From NCBI GenBank assembly GCA_963662795.1, contig OY759746.1:2176001-2240000 (forward strand): a stretch of 64,000 nucleotides of DNA, given 5' to 3'. Within the stretch, counting starts at the first letter, position 1. Every line of letters starts with the position of its first letter. The DNA is from Spirochaetia bacterium (GTDB lineage: Bacteria > Spirochaetota > Spirochaetia > CADAEX01). Below, one piece after another: positions 6,121 to 17,147 of the stretch. The notes under the pieces were generated by a model. It had not been told where the DNA came from. It saw only the letters and a program-made list of their open reading frames with translations, and did no database searches. The translations under genes and the position numbers were made by a program.

Positions 6121-7067
6121 GACTCTGTACTAAAAACTGTGTAACTGCAAAATTCTAAATAGCCTCAATGCAGAACTGGATAACCACTTAGGTTACGAGA
6201 AGCATTCAAGCCAGGACCGCAATAAACTGAACAGCCGTAATGAGGCAAAAAAGTAATAACCGATGCGGTTCTTGAGGAAGTTGAGCAGCGGCAAAACCGT
6301 CCACTTGAGAGTGTCTATCCGATAATTTACCTTGATTGCATTGTCGTAAAGGTGCATCAGGATAAAAGAGTAATCAACAAGGCTGTTTATCTAGCCCTGG
6401 GTGTTACCACAGAAGGAATTAAGGAACTTTTGGGACTCTGGATATCAGAAAACGAAGGAGTGAAGTTCTGGCTTTCTATACTAACGGAACTTCACTCCCA
6501 GAGGTGTAAAAGATATCTTCATTGCCAGTGAGGATGGACTTACAGGCTTCCCTGAAGAGATAAATACAGTATTTCCCAAAACAAAAATCCGATTATGCAT
6601 TGTACACATTCTTTGAAATACGTTTCCTATAAAGACTGTAAAGAACTGGCTGGGGATTTGAAAAGAATCTACTCTTCAATAACCCTTGATGAAGCAGAAA
6701 GGGAATTAGTGATATTTTCAGATAAGTGGGACAGTCAATATGCATCGATCAGCAGAATGTGGGGAAAAGCTGGGAAAACCTGATAACAATCTTTGATTAT
6801 CCTGATGAAATCCATAAAATAATTTATACGACAAATGCAATTGAATCTTTAAACAGTGTAATTCGAAAAGCCATAAAAAATCGCAGGATATTTCCCAATG
6901 ACAAATCGGCATTTAAAATTATATACCTGGCTGTAAAGCAGGCTTCAAAGAAATGGAGCATGCCTCTCCGTGAGTGGAAACCGGCGATGAACCTATTTTT
7001 ATTGGAATATGGAGATCGGTTTTCTGATGAATAAAAAAGTCAGTTACACAGAAATTTTTACAGGCTC
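6121..7067 (+). mobile_element. Degenerate IS256 family element, copy A (internally deleted)
   Basis: IRs GACTCTGTACTAAAAACTGTGTAACT and its partner ending CAGGCTC. Fragments include YPIIYLD, LGLWISENEG and IYTTNAIESLNS, with several frameshifts. Confidence 0.85.
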
Positions 7068-8197
7068 TTTTAATCAGCCCATGATTTCCAGTATGCAGTC
7101 TGTCTGCAGTCAAGCCGTTATGCCCTGCATATCTGTAGGTATCTTATAATATTATAAGTTAGATTTGTCAATCCAATTATTGTATTGGCCCTGATAATCC
7201 CACTTCCTCTTATCATGTTACCTTTCAACGAATTCTTTATGCACCCAAATACATGCTCTATCCTGCAGCGGATTTTTGATTTCTTCCTGTTCCTTACCAT
7301 TTGCTGCCTGCTTAAAGTTTCATACCTATACCCTTTTTCATGTATCCGGTTTTTTATATTATTTTCCTCCAATGTGCTTTTTTTAATTGTTTTTCCTGAA
7401 TAAGCACTGTCTGCATACATTTCATAATGATAATCTTTTTCTGTAATAAGGTTTTCCATAACTTGACTGTCATGCACTGAAGCCGATGTTATACAATATT
7501 TTTTTATCAGTTTTGATTTACAGTCAATATTTATATGATTCTTGTAGCCAGAATGTCTTTGCCCTGTCTTTGTAACCCAGCGGGCATCTACATCTTTTTG
7601 CCGTTTTTGTTTTCATTCCAATCCGATGGTCCTTTTTTCTCTTTTAGTTCTTCGTTTTCTTCTTTTGTGTTTCTCTGCTTGGGGGCTTCTGCAAAGCTGG
7701 CATCTACTATTTTCCCATTTTGCGCTATAATTCCTTTGTCATAGAGGTATAGTCCAAACTTTTCAAAAAGTACTTCTACTTTGCCTGATTTTGTAAGGGT
7801 TTCGCGAAATAGCCATATTGTTTTTTCATCCGGCACCTGATCCTGAAGCTCTAATCCCAAAAACCTCATAAAAGAAAAACGATCCATTATTTGAAACTGA
7901 GTCTGTGCATCTGACAAGTTATAAAGTCTCTGAAGAATCAGTATTTTAAACATCAGCACATAGTCATAGGCAGATCTTCCTCCAGGACCCTTGGCCTGCT
8001 TTGTAAACACACGGTTTAAGGTATGACGAAAACTTTCCCATGGAATTATTTTATTCAAGGTTATCAGCGGGTCTCCCTGCTTTTGTCTTAATTCATCATC
8101 AAAAAATCCGCGTTGCTTTTTCATTTTATCCTCCCCCAGGGAGAGTATTACATTTATTCAAGATTATGAAAATTCCATTGAGTTTTTAGAGGTGCCC
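7068..8197 (-). mobile_element. IS5 family element with split transposase (ORFs 7588-8124 and 7118-7477)
   Basis: DPLITLNKIIPW, FKILILQRLYNLSD, VPDEKTIWLFRE, IVDAS, YADSAY, RIEHVFG. One end IR (TTTTTAGAGGTGCCC) ends at 8197; the other end abuts IS256. Confidence 0.85.
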
Positions 8198-8271
8198 TTT
8201 AATTATATGAATGAAAATACTATATATGGCAAAATTGAGATATTAAAAGAGAAGGTTTCTCCCCCAATAAA

Positions 8272-9035
8272 TCATGAAGCAATATTCTCGTCACTTAAAT
8301 TCTTAAAAATATCTTTATATTTTCTGTAATACGTATCAATCAGAACTGGTTTAAAAATCAATACACCCGGGTTAATGTTAACTGCTCTCTCGTGCAATAA
8401 TTCTTTTGGAGTCGCACCTTTTGTACGAATTATTGCGTCCTGCATTAAAGAACTTTTGGTAAACAACTGCTTTTTCGAAGAAATTGTTCTTTGATGAAAA
8501 TGTTTCACAGGCATAAAGCTCATCCTCAATCAGTCGGTGAGATGTTTCAACATCTCTCTACCATGTCTTTGCTCCGGGCGGAATACATACATGACCTTGC
8601 ACCCATTATTAGTTTTACAGCTTTTGTAAAGGGGGAATCTTCGAGACAGTTCCAGGGAGAAGTGAACTCTGTTCCGTTATCGGTCTGTATAGTAACATCT
8701 TTAAGATCAATACCATTTCTTTCCAGATGCTCTTTTAACTCGAGAATAAACATTGTTGTATTGGTTGAGTTCTTTTCTATGGCATATGAGTAAAACAATG
8801 CTTCTGTACTTACGTCTCTGGCTGTTATTTGATATCCGGAAAGCTTATGAACAATATATGAACCATACATTTCAGGAATATCATCAAGATATTTGATATC
8901 AACCTGCACTTTTTCAAAAGGTTTCATTTTAGCCTTTATTTCCCTTAAATCCCGCTTTCTCTGATGTTTTTTTCTTCTTCAAATCTTCGAAGCCATTTTC
9001 TTACAGTTTTTGTATAGCTGGTAATATGTATGCAT
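8272..9035 (-). pseudogene. Degenerate DDE (rve, IS481-like) transposase
   Basis: KPFEKVQVDIKYLDDIP...YQITARDV...IQTDNGTEF, in fragmented frames. Confidence 0.75.
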
Positions 9036-9173
9036 GGGTTCCTCCTTTTTTGGTTTGTCGTAATTCCATGCTACTCATTTTCTTTGATTATGGGCAGCGG
9101 GGGGGGGACCTTCTCTTTTAACTGTTCATATATATGGCAAAACAATATTGCAAATTTAAGTAATATTTATTAT

Positions 9174-10448
9174 CATAGGTGTCCAAAACAATCATAACAG
9201 CTCCAGTTGAAGATTGAAACTAGTTTTTTTAGTCTGTTCTGAAGGCGGTTTATTGAGAACAGTCCAGATATCTTTTCTTGATGTCAGTATTACAGGAATC
9301 AATTTCATCAGTGAAAAATGAGTCCATTTTCTACATGAAAACATTTTAAGGAACTGAAGTAACAGAAAAGCAATTAGGGCAATCCAGATTTGTGTCATTA
9401 CAGCATTTCTGGAAGTACCAAAGAATTTCTTGATCTTGAGGTTCTGTTTGATAGTTTTAAAAAATATTTCAATCTGCCATCTGTCTTTGTAAACAGCAGC
9501 AATTGTTGTTGGAGACCAAAGGAAATTATTGGTAAGAATTACAATATATTTACCGGTTTCAGGATCTCTGCTTCTGATTCGTCTTAATTTTAACGGGCAT
9601 TTTTTACTGGTGTAAAATCCTTTCATTTCTATGATCTGATCAGATGTAATATTTTTAAAGGAGGAGGTATCTTTTCTCTGGACAATTTTATAATCAGCAT
9701 TCTTTTTTAACCTGGTAACAAAATAAATACCGGTATTACAATAATTTGCGAATAATTTAAAGTCAGTATAACCACGATCAAACGTGATGACATCGCCTTT
9801 GTTGAAAGCCATTTTTTTCAAGGAATTGACTTCATGTGTTTTTGCAGTTGTAACTGATACAAAAGCTGGAATATATCCACTATGGTCAAGTTTTACATTA
9901 AGTTTTATTCCGCCTTTATATTTTCTGAAATTTGCCCATGGAAAGAGATTTAAACACAAGTCAATAGTTGATGCATCAACACTGTAAAGAGGATTTTTAA
10001 ATTTATGTTTATGCGCTCTCTTCATGGATAATATCTTATCAAGAAGATCAGTGAAAACATTTTCATAAACTTCACAGCTTCTATTATTATTTGCGTAAGA
10101 TAATGTAGAGCGTTTTACCTTTTTTACACCCATATGATAAAGGTGGTTACTGATTGATTCAAAAGAGTTTTCAATGCCTCTTAACCCGGTCTGTCCTGAA
10201 AGTTGTGCAAAGAGCATGGAGACAAAATGCTGCCAACAGGTAAAACCTTTGGAAGCAAAGTCCCCTTTATGTTTTTTTACAGATTTTTCAAATTCATGTC
10301 TCGGAATTATTTGTAGAATTTGTTTTAAAATGGTATTATTGTAACTCATTGCCTGATTTCCTTTTCCTGTAAAGAATTAGCCGTCCAAGCTTAATTCATT
10401 ATAGTTGGGATTTCAGGCAATTAATAGTCCTTGTTTTGGACACCTATG
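9174..10448 (-). mobile_element. IS4 family element, copy 1 (1275 bp)
   Basis: 18-bp IR CATAGGTGTCCAAAACAA at both ends; 9-bp TSD ATTTATTAT at 9165-9173 and 10449-10457. Confidence 0.95.
9192..10349 (-). CDS. IS4 family transposase
   Basis: DASTIDL, FDRGY and YKDRWQIEIFFK (YREK-type motif). Confidence 0.95.
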   Translation of the reverse strand: MSYNNTILKQILQIIPRHEFEKSVKKHKGDFASKGFTCWQHFVSMLFAQLSGQTGLRGIENSFESISNHLYHMGVKKVKRSTLSYANNNRSCEVYENVFTDLLDKILSMKRAHKHKFKNPLYSVDASTIDLCLNLFPWANFRKYKGGIKLNVKLDHSGYIPAFVSVTTAKTHEVNSLKKMAFNKGDVITFDRGYTDFKLFANYCNTGIYFVTRLKKNADYKIVQRKDTSSFKNITSDQIIEMKGFYTSKKCPLKLRRIRSRDPETGKYIVILTNNFLWSPTTIAAVYKDRWQIEIFFKTIKQNLKIKKFFGTSRNAVMTQIWIALIAFLLLQFLKMFSCRKWTHFSLMKLIPVILTSRKDIWTVLNKPPSEQTKKTSFNLQLELL

Positions 10449-10539
10449 ATTTATTATATTTTCAAAGTTTTTATTTATCTCAAGAATATCTTTGTCAAGC
10501 AGATAGAGAATAGCAATTTAACATTAAGGATTTTTAATA

Positions 10540-11787
10540 ATGCCTAAAGAAATATCCGTAAATCTTGGTAATATGCTTTTATCGTTGTCTGAAATTATTG
10601 ACATGGCAAATCCATATATATCAAATCATCAACAACGTACAGCATTAATCGCAATGCGATTGGCAAATACAATGGATCTTTCACAGAACTCTCTTGAAAA
10701 AATATTTGCATCTGCTCTTTTACATGATATTGGAGCAATAACGATTGAAGAAAAAACGCTATTACATGAAAATCATGAAAAAGATATATTTATTCATTGT
10801 AATAGAGGTGCTGCCCTTGTATCTGGTTTACCGTGGTTTGACCGATTTTCCTTCATAATTAAAAACCATCATACAAACTGGATCGATATTAATAATTCAA
10901 TCGATAATGATGATGTTCTTTCTGCTCAAATAATTCATGTGGCGGATTTTATTGAAAGATCAGTAAACCGAAAAAAATGTATCCTTCATCAAAATGATGA
11001 TATTATAAAAACAGTAAATAAACTGAAATACATTCAGATCAATGAAAAAGTTATTGATCATTTTAACGATTTAGCCAAAAAAGAAGAATTCTGGTTGGAA
11101 CTTACCTCAAACAGAATTTATTCTAATCTGCTACATAACGGCCCATTTATTACAATAAAAGTTTCAATTGATGAAATATCGCAACTAGCTGATCTTTTTA
11201 CTAGAATAATTGATTTTAAATCATCTTTTACTTCTACGCATACAACCGGTGTTGAGGCTTGTACAGAGAAGATTTCGAAAATATTCGGATTTTCCGATAG
11301 GGAAGTAAAACAATTGAAAATTGCAGGAGCATTCCATGATATAGGTAAATTAGTTATTCCTAGAAATATTTTAAATAAGCCCGCAACTCTAACAAAAAAG
11401 GAAACAGCATTAATGCGATCACATGCTTATTATACCTTTATTGCATTAAATTCCATAAAAGGATTGCAAAAAATTGCTGTTTGGGCTGCATATCATCATG
11501 AAAAAAACGATGGATCTGGATATCCATTCCATTATAAAGAACAAGAACTTGATTCTGGTTCAAGAATTATTGCAGTGGCAGACATTTTTACGGCATTGAC
11601 AGAAGATAGACCTTATAGAAAAGGTTTGAAAAAAAATGAAATATATTCGATTTTTAAAGAACATTTGGATTTAAAACAACAGGATGAAAACATAGTCAGC
11701 ATACTTTTTGATAATTATGATGAGATTAGCTGCCATGTAAAGAAAAAGCAAAAAACAGCGACAAAACTTTATAATCGTATTTTTTAA
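10540..11787 (+). CDS. Tandem HD / HD-GYP domain phosphodiesterase (c-di-GMP)
   Basis: Two HD motifs (LHDIG, FHDIGK); HHEKNDGSGYP and VADIFTALTEDRPYR in the second domain. Confidence 0.9.
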   Translation: MPKEISVNLGNMLLSLSEIIDMANPYISNHQQRTALIAMRLANTMDLSQNSLEKIFASALLHDIGAITIEEKTLLHENHEKDIFIHCNRGAALVSGLPWFDRFSFIIKNHHTNWIDINNSIDNDDVLSAQIIHVADFIERSVNRKKCILHQNDDIIKTVNKLKYIQINEKVIDHFNDLAKKEEFWLELTSNRIYSNLLHNGPFITIKVSIDEISQLADLFTRIIDFKSSFTSTHTTGVEACTEKISKIFGFSDREVKQLKIAGAFHDIGKLVIPRNILNKPATLTKKETALMRSHAYYTFIALNSIKGLQKIAVWAAYHHEKNDGSGYPFHYKEQELDSGSRIIAVADIFTALTEDRPYRKGLKKNEIYSIFKEHLDLKQQDENIVSILFDNYDEISCHVKKKQKTATKLYNRIF

Positions 11788-11830
11788 AAAATAATTAAAA
11801 TATATTTATTACTAAAAGGAAATATAAAAT

Positions 11831-13495
11831 ATGGAACTAAATAAATCTAATATCTATGTTGGCAAAGTATTTTTAATAGTGTTGTTATCAAATTTGGGCT
11901 TATATTTTTTCAAAATGGATACTAGCGAAAAATCATCTTTGCTATTTATGATTCCGATAATTGTTTCTGTAATAGTATCAGTTATTATTGTTCATTTAAA
12001 TAACAAATTAAATAAAAATCTTCTTATTTTCAAATCTCTGTTGGTGGATTTTATAGCAACTATTAATAAAAATGCCAAACCAGCTAATATTATTTCAGAT
12101 TTTACAGATTATTCAATGCAATGTAAAAGCAGTAAAAACAACCTTTTAGATATTTTTAATGCGAATAACGAACATTCTCTTGATATGGCTTTAACAATGA
12201 AGGATTCTGTTTATCATACTTCATATATAATAGGGAAGATCAATAGGATTTCGGAAGAAATTGATTCTTTGAGTTCAAGTATTAATCAATCTTCCGCAGC
12301 AATTAATCAGATAACACAGACTGTTGTTAATTTTGTAAAGCAAATCGAGAATCAGTCAAGTGCCGTAGTTCAAACATCGACGGCTGTTGAAGAAATGAAT
12401 GCTTCAATAAAAAATATTGACAAAATTACACATTCAAAAAAAGATAAATCAGAAGACCTTCTGGAGCTTACTAAAAAGGGCAAATTACAGATGATCTCGA
12501 CAAACAATATAGTTGAAAAAATAAGTAAAAATCTTGAATCGGTCAATTCAATAATTAATGTCATTAATGATATAGCCGCCCAGACCAATCTCCTTTCCAT
12601 GAATGCTGCAATTGAGGCTGCTCATGCAGGGGTTGCTGGTAAAGGTTTTGCTGTTGTAGCAGATGAGATAAGAAAACTAGCAGAATCATCTGCTAGCAAT
12701 TCAAAACATATTGCAAAAGACTTAAAAGTAATTGTTGAAAGCATAAAGGAAGTAACTACTTCAAGCAGTCAAAGTCTTAGTTATTATGATGAAATACAAA
12801 TAGAAGCGTCAGCTTTTGTTGATGCACTTGACGAAATAATAAATGCAACAAAGGAGCTTAGTATAGGAAGCAATGAAATTGTAAATGCAACAACTTCTTT
12901 GGTTGAAGTAACAGAGAATATCAGAACTGGTTCCCATGAAATGGAAACAGGAGCTAATGAAATTAATCTTGCTATACATAGCATTATGGAAGCTGGTAAT
13001 AAAAACAGGAATAACATCAACGAAATTACGGAAATAACTTCTGAAATAAATCTAATATTTCAAAAGCTTACAAATTCAAGTATTGAAAGCAATATGATAA
13101 TAGACGGTGCAATATCGGTAGTTTCCATGACTGAATCATTGTCAGAATATAAAATCAATATCCCAACAGTAATAATGCAGCATATCCTTTGGCTTATTAA
13201 AGTAAGACTTTTTCTTGATGGCAGACTAAATCTTGCTGCTTCTGAAATAACTGATCATACGCGTTGTGATCTTGGAAAATGGTTACTATCAAATGTTCAG
13301 GATGAAATGAAAAATGATAAGTCTATTCAAACACTTGAAGATAAGCATATAAAATTACATTTATATATTAAGAAAATAATTGAAAACAAAGAGCAAAAAA
13401 CAAAAGATGCTCTTGAAAATAATTTTACAGAATTAATTAATATTTCTGAAAAGATCGTAGAAATTCTAATCCAATTAAACAAAAAGTTGAATTGA
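11831..13495 (+). CDS. Methyl-accepting chemotaxis protein with C-terminal CZB domain
   Basis: Two N-terminal TMs; [20 protein letters not shown]...[14 protein letters not shown]; C-terminal H.LW...[10 protein letters not shown]...H..LH. Confidence 0.9.
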   Translation: MELNKSNIYVGKVFLIVLLSNLGLYFFKMDTSEKSSLLFMIPIIVSVIVSVIIVHLNNKLNKNLLIFKSLLVDFIATINKNAKPANIISDFTDYSMQCKSSKNNLLDIFNANNEHSLDMALTMKDSVYHTSYIIGKINRISEEIDSLSSSINQSSAAINQITQTVVNFVKQIENQSSAVVQTSTAVEEMNASIKNIDKITHSKKDKSEDLLELTKKGKLQMISTNNIVEKISKNLESVNSIINVINDIAAQTNLLSMNAAIEAAHAGVAGKGFAVVADEIRKLAESSASNSKHIAKDLKVIVESIKEVTTSSSQSLSYYDEIQIEASAFVDALDEIINATKELSIGSNEIVNATTSLVEVTENIRTGSHEMETGANEINLAIHSIMEAGNKNRNNINEITEITSEINLIFQKLTNSSIESNMIIDGAISVVSMTESLSEYKINIPTVIMQHILWLIKVRLFLDGRLNLAASEITDHTRCDLGKWLLSNVQDEMKNDKSIQTLEDKHIKLHLYIKKIIENKEQKTKDALENNFTELINISEKIVEILIQLNKKLN

Positions 13496-13597
13496 ATTTT
13501 CATTCAGATTTATTCTGCAAAGGTGTTAAATATAATCTCTTGATGGTAAAGAAATTAGCTTATCATTAGGAACTCATAGTTTTTTAATAAAAGAAAT

Positions 13598-13618
13598 CAT
13601 AGGTGTCCAAAACAATCA
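13598..13618. repeat. Solo end of the IS4 element
   Basis: CATAGGTGTCCAAAACAATCA, identical to the first 21 nt of the copies at 9174 and 15873. Confidence 0.9.
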
Positions 13619-13621
13619 CAG

Positions 13622-13760
13622 TGACTATACCCCTGTAATAATCCAAACCGATGTTAGTGATCGACCGTTTTTACTGTTTCATTTTTACACCAATTTCAGC
13701 CGGTGTAAAGCCGCCTAATGCCTGTGCGGTCTTAAAGTGTTGTATTCCACTTTCCAGTTT
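13622..13760 (-). mobile_element. IS3 family 3' remnant
   Basis: Minus strand reads WKVEYNTLRPH and then (frameshifted) ALGGFTPAE. The TG-type terminus is at 13622. Confidence 0.65.
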
Positions 13761-15083
13761 AGGCCTGTAAAAATTTCTGTGTAACTGACTTTTTATTCAT
13801 CAGAAAACCGCTCTCCATATTCCAATAAAAATAGGTTCATCGCCGGTTTCCACTCACGGAGAGGCATGCTCCATTTCTTTGAAGCCTGCTTTACAGCCAG
13901 GTATATAATTTTAAATGCCGATTTGTCATTGGGAAATATCCTGCGATTTTTTATGGCTTTTCGAATTACACTGTTTAGAGATTCAATTGCATTTGTCGTA
14001 TAAATTATTTTACGGATTTCATCAGGATAATCAAAGATTGTTATCAGGTTTTCCCCACATTCTGCTGATCGATGCATATTGACTGTCCCATTTATCTGAA
14101 AATATTACTAATTCCCTTTCTGCTTCATCAAGGGTTATTGAAGAGTATATCCTCTTTAAATCTCCTGCCAGTTCTTTACAGTCTTTATAGGAAACGTATT
14201 TCAAAGAGTTCCTTACCATGTGTACAATGCATAATCGGATTTTTGTTTTGGGAAATACTGTATTTATCTCTTCATGGAAGCCTGTAAGTCCATCCTCACT
14301 TGCAATGAAGATATCTTTTACACCTCTGGGAGTGAAGTTCCGTTAGTATAGAAAGCCAGAACTTCACTCCTTCGTTTTCTGATATCCAGAGCCAGAGTCC
14401 CAAAAGTTCCTTAATTCCTTCTGTAGTAACACCCAGGGCAAGATAAATTGCTTTGTTGATTACTCTTTTATCCTGATGCACCTTTACGACAATGCAATCA
14501 AGGTAAATTATCGGATAGACACTCTCAAGTGGACGGTTTTGCCGCTGCTCAACTTCCTCAAGAACAGCATCGGTTACACCAGATAATGAGGGAATGCAGA
14601 AACATCTACACCGTACATTTCTTTAAGGGTGGCTGCAATATCCCGTGTCCTCTGTCCCTCTGGCATAAAGAGAGAGGATTTGATCGTCAAATCCTAAAAA
14701 CCTGCGCTGCCCCTTTTGAATGATTTGGGATTCAAAATCACAAGTCCGATTTCTGGGGGTTTCTATCTCAAGTTCACCGGAATCGGTTATTACTTTTTTG
14801 CCTGTACGGCCCATTACGGCTGTTCAGTTTATTGCGGCCCTGGCTTGAATGCTTCTCGTAACCTAAGTGGTTATCCAGTTCTGCATTAAGGGCTTTCTCA
14901 ATTGTCAATTTCATCAGCTGCCTAAAGGGCTTGCAAGATCCGATTCACTCTTGACCCCTTTTACCAGTTCTGTTGCCAATTCTTCCAAACGCTCTTTATC
15001 CATCATAATACTGCTCATTCTATATCCTTTGCCTCTGTAGGCTATTTAGAATTTTGCAGTTACACAGTTTTAATTACAGAGTC
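13761..15083 (-). mobile_element. Degenerate IS256 family element, copy B
   Basis: Same IRs as copy A in inverted orientation; fragmented ORFs at 13793-14077, 14031-14219, 14296-14481 and 14623-14814. Confidence 0.87.
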
Positions 15084-15872
15084 GATTTGTCTTATGCTAT
15101 AACCTGATTTCTTCCGTTATTCTTGGCTTCATATAGTTTTTTATCTGCTTTTTCAATCAATCTTTCAATTGTAATATTGCTGTCATCAATTTCTGAAGCA
15201 TCGGAAATGCCGCAGCTGAATGTAAAAATTATTTCTGTTTTATTGTATATAAAATTAGTCTTTCTTGTGATTTCAAGAATACGCTCAATTGTCAATTTGG
15301 CCTGTTCTTTTGTCGTATCAGCTGAAATGACAAGGAATTCTTCTCCTCCATAACGTCCCTGGAGGTCATAGGGCCTCAGGTTGACGCTTATCAGTTTTGT
15401 AAATTCCCTGAGTATAAAATCTCCAGTCTGATGACCGTAGGTATCATTAATATTTTTAAAATGATCCAGATCGATAATCGAAATTGAAAATATGTTCTTT
15501 TTCCTTTTATATTCTGACAGAAGATTTTCAAGTCTTTCCAGGACAAATCTTCTGTTGTAGATCCCGGTAAGCGAATCCCTTATAGCCATCTCCTTGAATC
15601 TGTTTTCAGATTCAACCCGGTCGGTAATGTCCCTTGCCGCGGCATATAAAAGATTCCCGTAAGGATGAACCCTCCATTCGATAAAGCGGTATGACCCGTC
15701 TCTGTGGCGATAGCGGTTAACAAAATTATTGACAGTTTCATTTTCTGACAGATTTATAAGCACCTCAATTGTTCTGCCTAAATCTTCAGGATGGATGAAA
15801 TCAAGGAATCTGCTTTTTTCAAGAATATCAGATGAATATCCCAGGATGTCTGTCCATGCCTTGTTGACTTTT

Positions 15873-17147
15873 CATAGGTGTCCAAAACAATCATAACAGC
15901 TCCAGTTGAAGATTGAAACTACTTTTTCTAGTCTGTTCTGATGGCGGTTTATTGAGAACAGTCCAGATATCTTTTCTTGATGTCAGTATTACAGGAATCA
16001 ATTTCATCAGTGAAAAATGAGTCCATTTTCTACATGAAAACATTTTAAGGAACTGAAGTAACAGAAAAGCAATTAGGGCAATCCAGATTTGTGTCATTAC
16101 AGCATTTCTGGAAGTACCAAAGAATTTCTTGATCTTGAGGTTCTGTTTGATAGTTTTAAAAAATATTTCAATCTGCCATCTGTCTTTGTAAACAGCAGCA
16201 ATTGTTGTTGGAGACCAAAGGAAATTATTGGTAAGAATTACAATATATTTACCGGTTTCAGGATCTCTGCTTCTGATTCGTCTTAATTTTAACGGGCATT
16301 TTTTACTGGTGTAAAATCCTTTCATTTCTATGATCTGATCAGATGTAATATTTTTAAAGGAGGAGGTATCTTTTCTCTGGACAATTTTATAATCAGCATT
16401 CTTTTTTAACCTGGTAACAAAATAAATACCGGTATTACAATAATTTGCGAATAATTTAAAGTCAGTATAACCACGATCAAACGTGATGACATCGCCTTTG
16501 TTGAAAGCCATTTTTTTCAAGGAATTGACTTCATGTGTTTTTGCAGTTGTAACTGATACAAAAGCTGGAATATATCCACTATGGTCAAGTTTTACATTAA
16601 GTTTTATTCCGCCTTTATATTTTCTGAAATTTGCCCATGGAAAGAGATTTAAACACAAGTCAATAGTTGATGCATCAACACTGTAAAGAGGATTTTTAAA
16701 TTTATGTTTATGCGCTCTCTTCATGGATAATATCTTATCAAGAAGATCAGTGAAAACATTTTCATAAACTTCACAGCTTCTATTATTATTTGCGTAAGAT
16801 AATGTAGAGCGTTTTACCTTTTTTACACCCATATGATAAAGGTGGTTACTGATTGATTCAAAAGAGTTTTCAATGCCTCTTAACCCGGTCTGTCCTGAAA
16901 GTTGTGCAAAGAGCATGGAGACAAAATGCTGCCAACAGGTAAAACCTTTGGAAGCAAAGTCCCCTTTATGTTTTTTTACAGATTTTTCAAATTCATGTCT
17001 CGGAATTATTTGTAGAATTTGTTTTAAAATGGTATTATTGTAACTCATTGCCTGATTTCCTTTTCCTGTAAAGAATTAGCCGTCCAAGCTTAATTCATTA
17101 TAGTTGGGATTTCAGGCAATTAATAGTCCTTGTTTTGGACACCTATG
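15873..17147 (-). mobile_element. IS4 family element, copy 2 (1275 bp)
   Basis: Same IRs as copy 1; 9-bp TSD TTGACTTTT at 15864-15872 and 17148-17156. Confidence 0.95.
15891..17048 (-). CDS. IS4 family transposase
   Basis: 385 aa; differs from copy 1 by two residues near the C-terminus. Confidence 0.95.
   Translation of the reverse strand: MSYNNTILKQILQIIPRHEFEKSVKKHKGDFASKGFTCWQHFVSMLFAQLSGQTGLRGIENSFESISNHLYHMGVKKVKRSTLSYANNNRSCEVYENVFTDLLDKILSMKRAHKHKFKNPLYSVDASTIDLCLNLFPWANFRKYKGGIKLNVKLDHSGYIPAFVSVTTAKTHEVNSLKKMAFNKGDVITFDRGYTDFKLFANYCNTGIYFVTRLKKNADYKIVQRKDTSSFKNITSDQIIEMKGFYTSKKCPLKLRRIRSRDPETGKYIVILTNNFLWSPTTIAAVYKDRWQIEIFFKTIKQNLKIKKFFGTSRNAVMTQIWIALIAFLLLQFLKMFSCRKWTHFSLMKLIPVILTSRKDIWTVLNKPPSEQTRKSSFNLQLELL

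Noticed and set aside
9174-17147. Composite transposon made of the two full IS4 copies
   Set aside because: Each copy has its own distinct 9-bp TSD, so they are independent insertions.
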